Shown here: one piece after another, positions 40,698 through 51,633 of the stretch
Position numbering within the stretch: the first letter of the stretch is position 1
Layout of the letters: the number at the start of each line of letters is the position of its first letter
Assembly: GCA_031411295.1 (NCBI GenBank)
Contig: JANOAV010000187.1
Span: forward strand, 52,341-116,340
Length of the DNA stretch: 64,000 nt
From: Verrucomicrobiales bacterium
GTDB taxonomy: Bacteria > Verrucomicrobiota > Verrucomicrobiia > Verrucomicrobiales > V1-33
Reading direction: 5' to 3'
The notes under the pieces: model-generated
What the model was told of the DNA's origin: nothing
What the model saw: only the letters and a program-made list of their open reading frames with translations
Databases searched by the model: none
Program-made: the position numbers and the translations under genes

Positions 40698-41816
40698 TTA
40701 TGGTGCAGGTGCGATCAGCGCAGACTTGCTGGCACGGAATTTGTTAAACTTCGCCCAGAGCGCGGACAATTGTTTCGGCAATCCCACCACGCCATTGGGC
40801 ATGAAGAGCACCACGAAGATGAAGATGGCACCCGAAATGATGAGCCAATAATCTGGATAGTAGCGCGTGGTGTAACTCTTGAGCAGGTTCACCAAAATGG
40901 CTCCCATCACGGGTCCATAAAGCGTGCCCCGACCACCCACCGCCACCCACACCACGACGTCGAGCGACTTCGAGGTTTCCATTTCCCCAGGATTAATGAT
41001 CCCCACCTGCGGCACATAGAAGGCCCCTGCGATGCCAGCCATGATCGCGCTCACGGTGAACACGAAGAGTTTGTAGGAAGTGGTGGCATAGCCGGAAAAA
41101 AGCACACGATTCTCAGAGTCGCGCACCGCTTGCTGGATCATGCCGAATTTCGTTTTGGTGATCCAAGCGATGAATCCAATACAGGCGGCCAGAAAGAGGA
41201 CGCTGCCTTCGTAGAGGAGGATTTGCGTTGAGCGGGTGCGGATATCCATTCCGAGGATAAATCGGAAGTCGGTAAAACCATTGTTGCCGCCCATGCCGAG
41301 ATCGTTGCGGAAAAACAGCAGCGTGGCCGCGTAGGTTAGGGCCTGGCTCAGGATGGAAAAATAAACCCCTTTGATCCGGGAACGAAAGGCCAGCCAACCA
41401 AAGATAAAGGCGACCAAGCCGGGCAGGATTAAGACCATGCCGCTGGAGAAAATAAAGCTGTAAAATGGCTGCCAGAAGCTGGGTAACTCTTGATAGCCGA
41501 GAAACACCATGAAGTCCGGTAGGTCGCTCTGATAGGATCCCAGCTTGCCGATGAGCAGCATTAAATGCATGCCCATCATGTAACCCCCCAGCGCGAAGAA
41601 CAGGCTCTGGCACAAACAGAGCAACCCGGTGTAACCCCAAAGCCAATTTAGGCTAACGGCCAGAGAAGCATAGCAAAGATACTTCCCCCAGATGCCCAAC
41701 TGGAATGACGGTGACAGCGCGCTGAGGACCGGGATGCCGATCAGCAAAAAGAGCAAGACTCCAAACGCGATGCCGTGCTGCTTCAGGAGCGGAGCGATGC
41801 GACTGGAAGCACTCAT
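40698..41816 (-). CDS. urtC: Urea ABC transporter permease
   Basis: [38 protein letters not shown]. Confidence 0.93.
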   Translation of the reverse strand: MSASSRIAPLLKQHGIAFGVLLFLLIGIPVLSALSPSFQLGIWGKYLCYASLAVSLNWLWGYTGLLCLCQSLFFALGGYMMGMHLMLLIGKLGSYQSDLPDFMVFLGYQELPSFWQPFYSFIFSSGMVLILPGLVAFIFGWLAFRSRIKGVYFSILSQALTYAATLLFFRNDLGMGGNNGFTDFRFILGMDIRTRSTQILLYEGSVLFLAACIGFIAWITKTKFGMIQQAVRDSENRVLFSGYATTSYKLFVFTVSAIMAGIAGAFYVPQVGIINPGEMETSKSLDVVVWVAVGGRGTLYGPVMGAILVNLLKSYTTRYYPDYWLIISGAIFIFVVLFMPNGVVGLPKQLSALWAKFNKFRASKSALIAPAP

Positions 41817-42043
41817 GAAGGTGAATTTGCGTTTAGTTTCCGCCATACGGAACGCACGCTCCAGACCAGGGCCAGAGCCGCCAGCCACATCATGGCATGG
41901 GCTGGTTCCACCAACCAATGCGCGGGTTGATCTGGAGAGACTAGCAATTGGTGTCCCGGATGGGCCCAGACACTGGAGGAGGAAATGATCAGGCTGAGCG
42001 CAGTGAGTAAGCGTCTGCGGTTACTGAGAGGTGATAATTTCAT
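41813..42043 (-). CDS. Small HupE/UreJ-like membrane protein, 76 aa
   Basis: Signal peptide, AHPGH, one TM helix; stop overlaps the urtC start (ATGA). Confidence 0.65.
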   Translation of the reverse strand: MKLSPLSNRRRLLTALSLIISSSSVWAHPGHQLLVSPDQPAHWLVEPAHAMMWLAALALVWSVRSVWRKLNANSPS

Positions 42044-42071
42044 GAGAGTAATGGTGAATCGGAAATAGGTG

Positions 42072-43721
42072 CTAGCCGTCGAGACTGCGACTGCGGGAAG
42101 GGAACAGTCCGCCGGGTCTCCATTGTAAAAGCAGGATGATTGCCAGTAGGGTGGTTATTTTTCCCATCACTGGTCCGAGCAGGGGTTGCAGCAACTGATC
42201 CACCGTGCCGATCCCCAGTGCGGAAAGCGCGGCTCCGATGAGATTCCCCACGCCACCGACCGTAACGATCATAAAGCTGTCCACGATGTAACTCTGGCCC
42301 ATGCTGGGTCCCACATTTCCCAACTGGGAAAGAAACGCTCCCGCCAGCCCCGCCAAGCCAGATCCGAAGGCGAAGGTGAAGCCATTCATGCGACCGGTGC
42401 GGATACCCAAGGAGGCCGCCATCCGCCGATTCTGCATTACAGCCCGCAGTTGCAAGCCGATGGATGTCTTCGCCATTACCAGCAGCGTGCCGCAGAGGAT
42501 AGCCAATGCAAAACCAATCACAAACAAGCGATTCCATCCCAGCGTAACGCCCATGAGGTCGTAATTTCCTGCCAGCCAGGATGGCGAGGAAACTTGGACG
42601 TTAGCGGCACCAAATTTTAGCCGAAACGCCTGCTGTAAAATCATGGACAGGCCCCACGTGGCGAGCAGGGATTCCAAGGGGCGATGATACAAATGTCGCA
42701 CGATGGACCATTCGATGAGCCATCCGACGAGGGCCGCAGCTAGGAAACATAGCGGTAACGAGACGAGGAAATAGTTGTCAAACCCACTGCCCGAACTGCC
42801 ATAGTGGTTGATAAACCAAGTCTGGACGATGAAACAGGTGTAGCCGCCGATGGTAATGAACTCGCCATGCGCCATGTTGATGACACCCATCAGACCAAAG
42901 GTAATGGCCAGACCAAGCGCGACGACCAATAGCACTGATCCCAAGCTCAATCCGCGAAACAAGGTGGAGACACCTTCGACAAGTTTTTGCCGGGCACCGA
43001 TTTTCCCCAGCGCCACGGTGGCCGCTTTGATGAGGGCGGCATCTTGTTCCTCAGTGGGTTTGGCGTTCTCGGCTTCCAGCAAAGCCGTGATTTGGTCACG
43101 CGCTTTAAGGGATTCCAGTTCGCCCAATTTTGTGATCGCTGCGACCTGTTCTGCTCCGGTGGTTAATCCAAGTTTGGCCAAGGCGATGCCCTCTTCAAAG
43201 CCTTCGCGAGCGGTCTTGGAGGTTTCTTTTGGGAGTAGCTCCTCCAGGACCTTCAATCCTTCTTCGTCCTGCTGCATTCCGATCTCCCGTGCCGCTTCCG
43301 CTCGGTTGCGGTCATTGGGATGCTTCAAGGCCAGCACGTTGTTTAACTTCACGAGTAACTTGCGGGAGGCTCGATCAGGATTTGAGGCACTGGCTTTGGC
43401 CAAATCGAACGAGATCGTTTTACCATCGCTCATTCTCACTGCGCTGGTATTGCCGCTGCCAGTCTGTCCGTTGTAGAGCACAGCTTCGGTGGAGCCATCC
43501 TCCATCGTGGCAATCCAAACTTCACCCCGCCGCCAGGTTTCCACTAGCACGGAATCTGTGTAGTCTGCTTCGAGGCCAAATTCATCCAGTAATTTCGTGC
43601 GCTCTTCCCCGCTGGCAAGAATGGCTTTGGCGAGGACGGCAGAGCCTTTGGAGGCTTCGAAGGCTGACAGACAAGTCAGACTGCCAACGAGAAACAAGAG
43701 TGCCAGCAGAGCAGAGCGCAT
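42072..43721 (-). CDS. urtB: Urea ABC transporter permease
   Basis: GLAITFGLMGVINMAHGEF, RPLESLLATWG, YIVDSF. Confidence 0.93.
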   Translation of the reverse strand: MRSALLALLFLVGSLTCLSAFEASKGSAVLAKAILASGEERTKLLDEFGLEADYTDSVLVETWRRGEVWIATMEDGSTEAVLYNGQTGSGNTSAVRMSDGKTISFDLAKASASNPDRASRKLLVKLNNVLALKHPNDRNRAEAAREIGMQQDEEGLKVLEELLPKETSKTAREGFEEGIALAKLGLTTGAEQVAAITKLGELESLKARDQITALLEAENAKPTEEQDAALIKAATVALGKIGARQKLVEGVSTLFRGLSLGSVLLVVALGLAITFGLMGVINMAHGEFITIGGYTCFIVQTWFINHYGSSGSGFDNYFLVSLPLCFLAAALVGWLIEWSIVRHLYHRPLESLLATWGLSMILQQAFRLKFGAANVQVSSPSWLAGNYDLMGVTLGWNRLFVIGFALAILCGTLLVMAKTSIGLQLRAVMQNRRMAASLGIRTGRMNGFTFAFGSGLAGLAGAFLSQLGNVGPSMGQSYIVDSFMIVTVGGVGNLIGAALSALGIGTVDQLLQPLLGPVMGKITTLLAIILLLQWRPGGLFPSRSRSLDG

Positions 43722-43753
43722 GAGAAAACTATAGGTTTAGATAGAGAGAAAGC

Positions 43754-43781
43754 GGGCACCGCCCAACCACAGGCGGTGCCC
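43754..43781 (-). terminator. Hairpin after urtA (attenuating or mRNA-stabilising)
   Basis: GGGCACCGCC / GGCGGTGCCC stem. Confidence 0.6.
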
Positions 43782-43819
43782 ACCACATAGCAACCAAATG
43801 AACACGCTAACAGGCGCGA

Positions 43820-45079
43820 TCACTTCTTCTTCTTAAACGTGCCTTTGAGAAATGGTTCACCGACGACGCCATCGAAGCTCTTTATCACTTGGAACTGTCC
43901 AGTCGGTAAGGTCTCACCGATATAAACGTTCTTGGTCAGGTGATGATTTTTTTGGCTGGTGACTTTCCCGCCAGGACCGGCAAAGGAAAGGCCACTCTTC
44001 AGTGCCTCCATCACTTTGGTGGGCTCAAAGGACTTGGCCTTCTCCACGGCTGCTTTCCAGAGATACACGCCGTCGTAAGACAGCACCATGGGGCTGCACG
44101 TCACGCGGTTCTCTTTCTTGATGCCGGGGTAATCGGTCTTGGCCAACCAAGCCTGGAAGTCCGTGGTGAACTTCTTGTTGGCTGGGGTATCCAGCGACAT
44201 GAAGTAAGTCCAGCAGCCCAGATGTCCAATCAAGTCCTTGGTCGGCAGCGCGCGGAATTCATCCTCGGACAAGCTGAACGATACGATCGGACATTTGTCG
44301 GATTTGATGCCAGCGGCTGCGATTTCCTTGAAGAACGGGACGTTGGAGTCGCCATTGATGGTGTTAATTACGCAGGCTTTGCCACCAGCAGAGAACTCTT
44401 TAATCTCTGCGACGATCTGTTGGAAGTCGGTGTGACTGAAGGGCGTGTATTTCCCGGCGGAGATGACCTCACCCTTGGCATCCTTGCGAAGACCACCGCC
44501 GATGTTGGCGAGCGGAATTCCTTTGGAGAGCAAGTATTCCAGGAGCACCAGATTGGTGGTCTGGGGGTAAACGTAATCCGTGCCGATTAGGTAGAACTTC
44601 TTGTATCCTTCCTTGAGCAAATAATCGACCGCAGGAGTGGCCTGCTGATTAACGGCTTCGGCAGTGTAGAAGATGTTCGGGGACATTTCTTCGCCCTCGT
44701 ATTGCACGGGGTAGAAAAGTAGTCCCTTGTTTTTCTCGAACACGGGAAGGACTGATTTACGGCTTACCGAAGTCCAGCAACCGAAGGTGACGGCTACTTT
44801 ATCCTTGGTGAGAAGTTGTTCTGCCTTTTCCGCAAAGAGCGGCCAGTCGGAAGCACCGTCGGCTACGACGGGCTCGATCTTTTTGCCCATGACCCCGCCC
44901 GCGGCGTTGATTTCATCAAAAGCGAAGATGAGCACATCGCGCAGGGAGGTCTCGCTGATGGCCATGGTGCCGCTCAGGGAGTGGAGGATGCCAACTTTGA
45001 CGGTGTCCTCAGCGCGAGCGCTGGACACAGTGGCTGCCGCAACCAAAGGCATGAATAGCCTGGTCCAATTGAATTTCAT
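43820..45079 (-). CDS. urtA: Urea ABC transporter substrate-binding protein
   Basis: [32 protein letters not shown]. Confidence 0.95.
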   Translation of the reverse strand: MKFNWTRLFMPLVAAATVSSARAEDTVKVGILHSLSGTMAISETSLRDVLIFAFDEINAAGGVMGKKIEPVVADGASDWPLFAEKAEQLLTKDKVAVTFGCWTSVSRKSVLPVFEKNKGLLFYPVQYEGEEMSPNIFYTAEAVNQQATPAVDYLLKEGYKKFYLIGTDYVYPQTTNLVLLEYLLSKGIPLANIGGGLRKDAKGEVISAGKYTPFSHTDFQQIVAEIKEFSAGGKACVINTINGDSNVPFFKEIAAAGIKSDKCPIVSFSLSEDEFRALPTKDLIGHLGCWTYFMSLDTPANKKFTTDFQAWLAKTDYPGIKKENRVTCSPMVLSYDGVYLWKAAVEKAKSFEPTKVMEALKSGLSFAGPGGKVTSQKNHHLTKNVYIGETLPTGQFQVIKSFDGVVGEPFLKGTFKKKK

Positions 45080-45132
45080 AATGAGGTGCGTTAAGCTAAA
45101 TTTTGGTTTTCCTTAGCATTTGAAACAGTCAA

Positions 45133-45924
45133 TTAGAAGGAGATCGCGATGCCGGCGGAACCAGTGATAATATTGTTATCAGGATTCACTGGGATAACGC
45201 TGTCATTGGTGTAGTAGTAGGTTACACCAAGATTGAGGGCGACGTGATCGATGATTGGAATCGAAGCGCTGACCCCGGCGGAAGCGAAGGAGAAACCTGC
45301 ATCACCACCATGGTAGCCATCGGTATCGAAGGCGACTTGGACTGGGAAGCTAATGGCGACCGGACCCAGCTTGGTGCCTGGGGAAATCCCTGCGAGAGCC
45401 ACGAGACCGGTGTCGAAGGAAATGTCATCAGCGAAACGATAGTGCAGCAACACGTAAGGATTGAGCATGTTGGTATAAGCAACTTTCAATTCGAAGGCCT
45501 GCTCGTTTTGGGAGGCATACATCCAGTTATGGTAGAGAAAGGTGGTCTTCCAGTTCCCTGCGGCGTAAGCTCCACCAGCCCAAATATCGATTTCTTGGAT
45601 GTTGGTGCCAATATTGGTTGGCGCATTATCATTTACATCCCACCAAGTGCCGACGATGCCAGTGAAGCCGCCGCCGAGATCGAAGTTCAATTCGAGGGAA
45701 GGGTGGAATAGAGGATCATCCCAGTTGTTGCCAGCGGCCCAGACGTCCTGACCGAAGGACATGAAGTGGGTATCGGCGGTGAGAGAAAGGGTGCCAGTAA
45801 CAAATGGTGTTGCTGGTGCTGGAGGGGTAGGGGCAGGAGCCTTCCCGGTAGTGCCCGCAAAGCTGGCGACAGAACCAATGGTGGCGGAAGCAAGCATTGA
45901 GAGGGCGGTAGTATTCAGTTTCAT
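45133..45924 (-). CDS. Putative outer-membrane beta-barrel protein
   Basis: Signal peptide, alternating aromatic strands, C-terminal Phe; first gene of the urt operon. Confidence 0.75.
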   Translation of the reverse strand: MKLNTTALSMLASATIGSVASFAGTTGKAPAPTPPAPATPFVTGTLSLTADTHFMSFGQDVWAAGNNWDDPLFHPSLELNFDLGGGFTGIVGTWWDVNDNAPTNIGTNIQEIDIWAGGAYAAGNWKTTFLYHNWMYASQNEQAFELKVAYTNMLNPYVLLHYRFADDISFDTGLVALAGISPGTKLGPVAISFPVQVAFDTDGYHGGDAGFSFASAGVSASIPIIDHVALNLGVTYYYTNDSVIPVNPDNNIITGSAGIAISF

Positions 45925-46017
45925 TGTGTTTTGGGTATGCTGGTTACTTTGGTGTTTAGTGATGAAACGAAGCGATTCCCAAGTAGTGGGAGACGATCTG
46001 AATCGAAATCCTAAGTC

Positions 46018-46034
46018 AGCAGCAGGCGTGCCAA
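46018..46034 (-). promoter_or_regulatory. Sigma54 (-24/-12) promoter of the porin-urt-ureA operon
   Basis: Reverse strand TTGGCACGCCTGCTGCT (GG-N10-GC). Confidence 0.8.
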
Positions 46035-46104
46035 TGGTGGATTTTGCACGATAAGTAGAGCGTGAAGAAAATTCACCATTAGTATTACGACTTCAATGCA
46101 TGGA

Positions 46105-46121
46105 TTGGCACGGCATTAGCG
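46105..46121 (+). promoter_or_regulatory. Sigma54 (-24/-12) promoter of the LysR-HTH gene
   Basis: TTGGCACGGCATTAGCG (GG-N10-GC), about 33 nt before the ATG. Confidence 0.6.
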
Positions 46122-46153
46122 TGCCTTGCAGCTTGCCATTTTATCAAAGCCCC

Positions 46154-46465
46154 ATGCCTGACCGAACCTACGCTTACGTCCCCATTGAATCGCATCGCCT
46201 CCATGTCTTTTACGCGGTGGCTGAAGCCGGCAGCGTCGCGCAGGCCGCACGGCTGCTGTGCCTCACCAGAAGCGCCCTGAGCCATGCGTTGAAGTCCTTG
46301 GAGGAGGATCTTGGCTGCATGTTATTCCATCGCTCTGCGAGAAATTTAGTGATCAGTGATGCGGGGAAACGCCTCTTGCCACAGGCTCGACAAATCCTGG
46401 AGGCCATGCAGATGGCTCGCTCCAGTCTGGGGGATTCCGCCCCCTTCGTGGAAAACCCCTTGTAG
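46154..46465 (+). CDS. LysR-type HTH-only regulator, 103 aa
   Basis: LHVFYAVAEAGSVAQAARLLCLTRSALSHALKSLEEDLGCMLFHR; no effector domain. Confidence 0.85.
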   Translation: MPDRTYAYVPIESHRLHVFYAVAEAGSVAQAARLLCLTRSALSHALKSLEEDLGCMLFHRSARNLVISDAGKRLLPQARQILEAMQMARSSLGDSAPFVENPL

Positions 46466-46473
46466 TTACGAGT

Positions 46474-47316
46474 CTACAGTTTCCGCAGGCTGGTGGTGAA
46501 GCAATGATGATGCGGCTGCAACTCATGCCGGAGTTGGCTTAGGTGGCGTTTGATCAGCAGACTGCTAGTGCCCGTGGCGCGAATCACTAGCACGTGTTCG
46601 TTTAACAAAGTTAGCCCCGTGTTGACGTCTGCCGTGTTCGGCAATGTGGCCCGTAGTGCTTTGGCTACAGCCGTAAGGGACGTGGGTAAGCTGAGGACAC
46701 TAGTGGCGGTAAAGAGCGGTTGGCCCAATTTGCCACACAGCATCCAGAGACGATCGGGATTGGCCTGCAGGCGTTCTTGCAGCAAAAGTTGCCCATCGCG
46801 ATGCACTCGTAATTTCATTTCCAGTGAGGCGAATTCCAGCGCTTCCCCATGAGCCACGCGGCCCGGAGCCAAGAGTTCGGTGTAAAAGAGACCGGCTCCA
46901 GCTGCAAGATTTACTTCGGTGTGCTGCGTAAAAGCCGAGCCGCGTTGTGGAATCAGCCATTCGCCCTGCAATTCCAACCAACCATGTTCTGTCACCGTGA
47001 ACGTTTGCCTTTGGCTGCCTGAAGGCTGATCCGCGGTCATGCGGGTGTGGATCCGGGTAGCGCTGGGGGTCGTCACTAACAGGCTGGCTTCAGGCTCTAC
47101 GGTGATCTCGCTGCGCAGGACATCCCCCGCAAAGATCCCTGCCGTGGGATTGATCCATTGCACCATGAGGGTGTGCCCATCCCAGTAAGGTTTGCTCAAA
47201 TGAAATGCCCCCGCAGCATGACGATGCGTCAATACCGTGGGCCCGTGCGCAGCCTTGGCGGCTTGCAGCTGCAGTTCGCCACGCACTGCATGACTGCTGA
47301 CAGTGGCCAGATTCAC
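46474..47316 (-). CDS. ureD: Urease accessory protein UreD
   Basis: [26 protein letters not shown]. Confidence 0.9.
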   Translation of the reverse strand: MNLATVSSHAVRGELQLQAAKAAHGPTVLTHRHAAGAFHLSKPYWDGHTLMVQWINPTAGIFAGDVLRSEITVEPEASLLVTTPSATRIHTRMTADQPSGSQRQTFTVTEHGWLELQGEWLIPQRGSAFTQHTEVNLAAGAGLFYTELLAPGRVAHGEALEFASLEMKLRVHRDGQLLLQERLQANPDRLWMLCGKLGQPLFTATSVLSLPTSLTAVAKALRATLPNTADVNTGLTLLNEHVLVIRATGTSSLLIKRHLSQLRHELQPHHHCFTTSLRKL

Positions 47317-47939
47317 GCAGGGATGAGATCCGTAAAGAAGACACTATGATCCAGCCAGGCGTGCAATTCATCGAACCCCTTGCCTGATTTCAGATCACTC
47401 ATGACGAAGGGCCGATCCCCGCGGGCCTTCTTGGCATCGCGTTGCATCATCTCCAAATCGGCCTCCACATAAGGTGCCAGATCGATCTTGTTGATCAAAA
47501 GCAAATCACTGCGAGCAATGGCCGGACCACCTTTGCGCGGGATATCGTCGCCTTCACCCACATCGATTACGTAAATGAAGACATCCACTAACTCAGGAGA
47601 AAACGTGGCCGTGAGATTATCCCCACCGCTCTCCACGAGAATCACTTGGAGCTTGGGAAAGCGGGCTTTCATTTCTTCGATGGCCTGTAAATTCATCGCA
47701 ATGTCATCCCGAATAGCCGTGTGTGGGCAGCCGCCGGTTTCAACGCCCAGAATGCGTTCTGCGGGCAAGGCTTGGTGACGAATGAGCATTTCCGCATCTT
47801 CACGGGTGTAAATATCATTGGTGATCACGGCCATGTCGTAGCGATCTCGCAGATATTTGCAGAGATGAATGCAGAGAGTGCTCTTGCCGGAGCCGACGGG
47901 GCCTCCGATGCCGATGCGGATGAGATTGTTATTGGTCAT
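47313..47939 (-). CDS. ureG: Urease accessory GTPase UreG
   Basis: [27 protein letters not shown]. Confidence 0.97.
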   Translation of the reverse strand: MTNNNLIRIGIGGPVGSGKSTLCIHLCKYLRDRYDMAVITNDIYTREDAEMLIRHQALPAERILGVETGGCPHTAIRDDIAMNLQAIEEMKARFPKLQVILVESGGDNLTATFSPELVDVFIYVIDVGEGDDIPRKGGPAIARSDLLLINKIDLAPYVEADLEMMQRDAKKARGDRPFVMSDLKSGKGFDELHAWLDHSVFFTDLIPA

Positions 47940-47978
47940 TGGTTGTTAGCGGTTGGTTGCTGGTCAGTGGCTTCGTTT

Positions 47979-48761
47979 TTAGGAAAGGAACATGCGGGCC
48001 GGGGCGGTCTCGTGGTAGGCGGTGGCTATGTCCAGGCGCGGGAGGCAGGTGCCGAGATCATCCAGCCTGAGCGTCTGGGCTACTTGAATCATTTGCTGAA
48101 AGCGCGGTGCCATGTCGGCCACCATGGCCTGCACGCTGTTTTGGCCGATGCGCATGATCTTCATGGCGGCTTGAGCCACCATCATTACGGTTTGATGCGT
48201 TAGCGCCATCATTGCTGCGGCCACGGGAGTTCCTAGCAGAGCGCTTTCCACACCTGCGATGATGCAGAGATGCTTGTGCGGCAAGGTTTGTGATAGATCA
48301 CTGAGGAAGATTTGCCTGGCTTCGGTCAGTTTGACGAAATGGAGTTTCTGCAACAAAGCTAGGCGCTGCGAACCCAGTCTGCGGCTGGCCTGGCGCTGCT
48401 CCGCCGCAAAGCGAATGGCTTCACTGGTTTCGTCCAAACGGCAAAGCGCCCACGTGGAGGGCGACGTTAGGAGACCAGCATCAGGTGTGATGAGAAGCGG
48501 GTCACATTGCGGAGGTCTCGTTACCTCGCCCGCCACGATGGCTTGATAAGCGTGATAGAGTAGCGGTAACTCGACGTATGTCAGGGTGTCCGCAACCTCT
48601 TGCCGCAGGAACGCGTGGAGGTCTTCAGCCGTTTGCACGTGATCCAATGCCACCATGCCCTCCAAGCCACCGGAATGCGCGAATCCACCGATGGGATAGG
48701 CGCTATCGGTCGTCTGCAAAAGCAATGGCAACCACGTTAGGGGATCAAGCACAGCATTCAT
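47979..48761 (-). CDS. ureF: Urease accessory protein UreF
   Basis: DSAYPIGGFAHSGGLE; C-terminal HE..RMFLS. Confidence 0.93.
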   Translation of the reverse strand: MNAVLDPLTWLPLLLQTTDSAYPIGGFAHSGGLEGMVALDHVQTAEDLHAFLRQEVADTLTYVELPLLYHAYQAIVAGEVTRPPQCDPLLITPDAGLLTSPSTWALCRLDETSEAIRFAAEQRQASRRLGSQRLALLQKLHFVKLTEARQIFLSDLSQTLPHKHLCIIAGVESALLGTPVAAAMMALTHQTVMMVAQAAMKIMRIGQNSVQAMVADMAPRFQQMIQVAQTLRLDDLGTCLPRLDIATAYHETAPARMFLS

Positions 48762-48768
48762 GGCGCGG

Positions 48769-49278
48769 CTAATGCTGATGCCATTGGCCATCCCCATGGT
48801 GATGCCAGCCATTGCCGGGCGCGGGGGCTTTGGGTTTCTCGAAATGAGAATGAGCCGGGGTATCGCAATGTTTGCTGGGCTGGAATACATCTTCGCGCGC
48901 CGTCCAAGTCATGCCAGCGGCCGTGATTCGTTCGCGCAAGGTAGGTTCTTCCGCCACGAGCAATTCCGTTTCCCGCAACTCAATGGGCAGGTGCATATTG
49001 CCAAAGAACCAAGCCGTGCGGGCCGCCATCAACGGTTCCTGTGGTAAAGGGACCACAAGCACAAGTTCGGCCAACTGCCGCACGCGGTAGCGCTTGCCCA
49101 GTCCTTCATAAATAATACTCCCGTGCTGCACGGGATCCGTGAGCGCGAACGCGAAATCCGTGCCATCCAGCGCAGAGCCACGCCAGCGACGACGATTGAG
49201 GGTGTCACGATCCGCCGCAATAGTTAGTTCTTGCAGGGTGTCCGTGGAAGCATCCAGCGCTTTTTCGATCAGGGGCAT
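48769..49278 (-). CDS. ureE: Urease accessory protein UreE
   Basis: RRRWRG, AWFFGNMHLP, His-rich tail. Confidence 0.9.
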   Translation of the reverse strand: MPLIEKALDASTDTLQELTIAADRDTLNRRRWRGSALDGTDFAFALTDPVQHGSIIYEGLGKRYRVRQLAELVLVVPLPQEPLMAARTAWFFGNMHLPIELRETELLVAEEPTLRERITAAGMTWTAREDVFQPSKHCDTPAHSHFEKPKAPAPGNGWHHHGDGQWHQH

Positions 49279-49301
49279 GATGAGTCGGCGGGGGATGGAA
49301 T

Positions 49302-49514
49302 TTAGCGCTGCTGGCTCATCGAACTCGATGGCTGCAGCACTTGGAACAATCGCCAGAAGCTGAGTTCGCGCGTGGTATCAAAGGGACTAACTGGGCCGCT
49401 GGTGCGATGGAATCGACTCGGTCCGGCCTTCGCCAGCACGCTGGCCTTGCGCTCGCCAATGCCATTGCAGCCGGGTTCATTGATGTGGGGAGTTTGGTGG
49501 TTTTGCAGTCTCAT
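49302..49514 (-). CDS. Possible 70-aa protein between ureC and ureE
   Basis: ATG after an A/C-rich leader; fills the gap; no recognisable motif. Confidence 0.35.
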   Translation of the reverse strand: MRLQNHQTPHINEPGCNGIGERKASVLAKAGPSRFHRTSGPVSPFDTTRELSFWRLFQVLQPSSSMSQQR

Positions 49515-49545
49515 GGATGTTGGTGGGTTAGGATGGAAATACAAT

Positions 49546-51309
49546 TTAGAAAAGAAAGTAGCGTTGAGCCATGGGCAGCACCGTGGCCGGCTCGCAGGTG
49601 AGTTCCTGGCCTTCATAACGCACGACATAGGTCTCGGGATTCACTTCGATGTTGCCCATGGCATCATTGAAAATCATGTCCGCCTTGCCCACCGTGCGGC
49701 ATCCGCGCACCGCACTAATCGTCTTTGCCAGTCCCAGACGGGCAATGGTGCCGTTATCCAGCGAGGCTTGGCTCACAAAAGTCAGACTGGTCTGATGCCG
49801 CGCCTTGGCGAACGAGCCAAACTGTGGTCGATACATGGTGGGCTGGGGCGTGGGAATGGAGGCGTTAGGATCACCCATGTTCGCACAGGCAATGAATCCG
49901 CCCTTCAGGACCAACTCGGGTTTCACGCCGAAGAAGGCTGGCTTCCAGACCACGAGATCAGCTAGCTTTCCCACTTTCAAGGATCCCACTTCATGCGCGA
50001 TGCCGTGGGCCAGCGCGGGGTTGATGGTGTATTTCGCGAGATAACGCAAGGCGCGGAAATTATCCGCCGACCGATGCGTGGGTCCACTCAAAGTCCCAAA
50101 CTGCGTTTTCATTTTGTGAGCCGTTTGCCAACAGCGTGTGATCACTTCACCTACGCGACCCATCGCCTGGCTGTCGCTGGAGATCATGGAAATAACGCCC
50201 AAATCGTGCAGGCGATCTTCTGCAGCGATGGTCTGAGGCCGAATCCGGCTCTCGGCAAAGGCCACGTCCTCGGGGATGCGCGAATCCAAATGATGGCAAA
50301 CCATAAGCATATCCAAGTGCTCATCAATCGTGTTCACCGTGAACGGTCGCGTGGGATTCGTGGAGGACGGCAGCACGTTAGCGAAGCCGCAAACCTTGAT
50401 AATATCGGGCGCGTGGCCGCCGCCGGCACCTTCGCTGTGATACGTGTGAATCGTGCGACCCTTAAATGCTGCAATCGTGTCCTCAACAAATCCAGACTCA
50501 TTCAAAGTGTCGGTATGGATCGCCACCTGAACATCCAATTCATCCGCCACGCCCAGACAAGTGTTGATGGCAGAGGGCGTGGTGCCCCAGTCTTCATGAA
50601 GTTTCAGACCAATGGCACCCGCATTCACCTGCTCCCGCAAGGGTTCGGGCGTGGCACAGTTTCCTTTACCCAGGAACCCAAGATTCATCGCGAAGGCATC
50701 CGAGGCTTCCAGCATCCGCGCCATATTCCAAATGCCCGGCGTGCAAGTCGTCGCAAACGTTCCCGTGGCTGGCCCGGTGCCACCGCCGATCATCGTGGTG
50801 AGTCCGCTCGCCAGGGCATGTTCGATTTGCTGCGGACAAATGAAATGCACATGCGTATCGATCCCGCCCGCTGTGATGATACAACCCTCTCCTGCGATCA
50901 CCTCGGTGCCGGCCCCAATGATCATCGGATTGTATTTCCCCGCTGCGTCGGCATACACCGAACCAATCCCGCTTTGGATGCAGGGATTCCCCGCATGACC
51001 AATCCCGACGATGCGGCCATATTTAATGCCCAAATCACATTTGATGATGCCGATCTCCGCATCCAGCAGCAGGGCGTTCGTAATCACCAGATCCAGCGAC
51101 TCCGCATCCAAGGCCAAAGGAGATTGCCCCATGCCATCTCGAATCACTTTGCCGCCGCCGAATTTAACTTCGTTGCCGTAGCCACCGCCTTCCGCAATGA
51201 GATCGCGCTCCACTTCAACCATAATGTATGTATCCGCCAAGCGCACCCGATCCCCTACCGTGGGGCCGAAGAGTTCAGCGTATTGTCTGCGTGTGAGAGT
51301 GAGGGCCAT
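49546..51309 (-). CDS. ureC: Urease alpha subunit
   Basis: [29 protein letters not shown]. Confidence 0.99.
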   Translation of the reverse strand: MALTLTRRQYAELFGPTVGDRVRLADTYIMVEVERDLIAEGGGYGNEVKFGGGKVIRDGMGQSPLALDAESLDLVITNALLLDAEIGIIKCDLGIKYGRIVGIGHAGNPCIQSGIGSVYADAAGKYNPMIIGAGTEVIAGEGCIITAGGIDTHVHFICPQQIEHALASGLTTMIGGGTGPATGTFATTCTPGIWNMARMLEASDAFAMNLGFLGKGNCATPEPLREQVNAGAIGLKLHEDWGTTPSAINTCLGVADELDVQVAIHTDTLNESGFVEDTIAAFKGRTIHTYHSEGAGGGHAPDIIKVCGFANVLPSSTNPTRPFTVNTIDEHLDMLMVCHHLDSRIPEDVAFAESRIRPQTIAAEDRLHDLGVISMISSDSQAMGRVGEVITRCWQTAHKMKTQFGTLSGPTHRSADNFRALRYLAKYTINPALAHGIAHEVGSLKVGKLADLVVWKPAFFGVKPELVLKGGFIACANMGDPNASIPTPQPTMYRPQFGSFAKARHQTSLTFVSQASLDNGTIARLGLAKTISAVRGCRTVGKADMIFNDAMGNIEVNPETYVVRYEGQELTCEPATVLPMAQRYFLF

Positions 51310-51321
51310 GAAAATAAAAGT

Positions 51322-51633
51322 TTAAAGTGGTCCGGCCACGAGATCATTGAAACCATGAACCACCCGCTGACCTGCCAGCGCCACCAGTTCCACCTCCCGT
51401 TCGTCTCCAGGTTCGAACCGCACCGCATTGCCCGCAGGAATGTTTAACCGGAAACCCCGGCTGGCCGCGCGATCAAAGCGCAGTGCCGTATTCGTCTCGA
51501 AGAAATGATAATGACTCCCGACCTGAATCGGCCGATCCCCGGTATTGGCCACCACCAATACCCTCGTCTCCAAGCCAAGATTGGCATGGATGAGGTCGTC
51601 TGTGGCAGCGGGGATGATTTCACCAGGGATCAT
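51322..51633 (-). CDS. ureB: Urease beta subunit
   Basis: [29 protein letters not shown]. Confidence 0.98.
   Translation of the reverse strand: MIPGEIIPAATDDLIHANLGLETRVLVVANTGDRPIQVGSHYHFFETNTALRFDRAASRGFRLNIPAGNAVRFEPGDEREVELVALAGQRVVHGFNDLVAGPL

Noticed and set aside
49993..51447. 484-aa plus-strand ORF
   Set aside because: Antisense shadow of ureC/ureB; no recognisable motifs.
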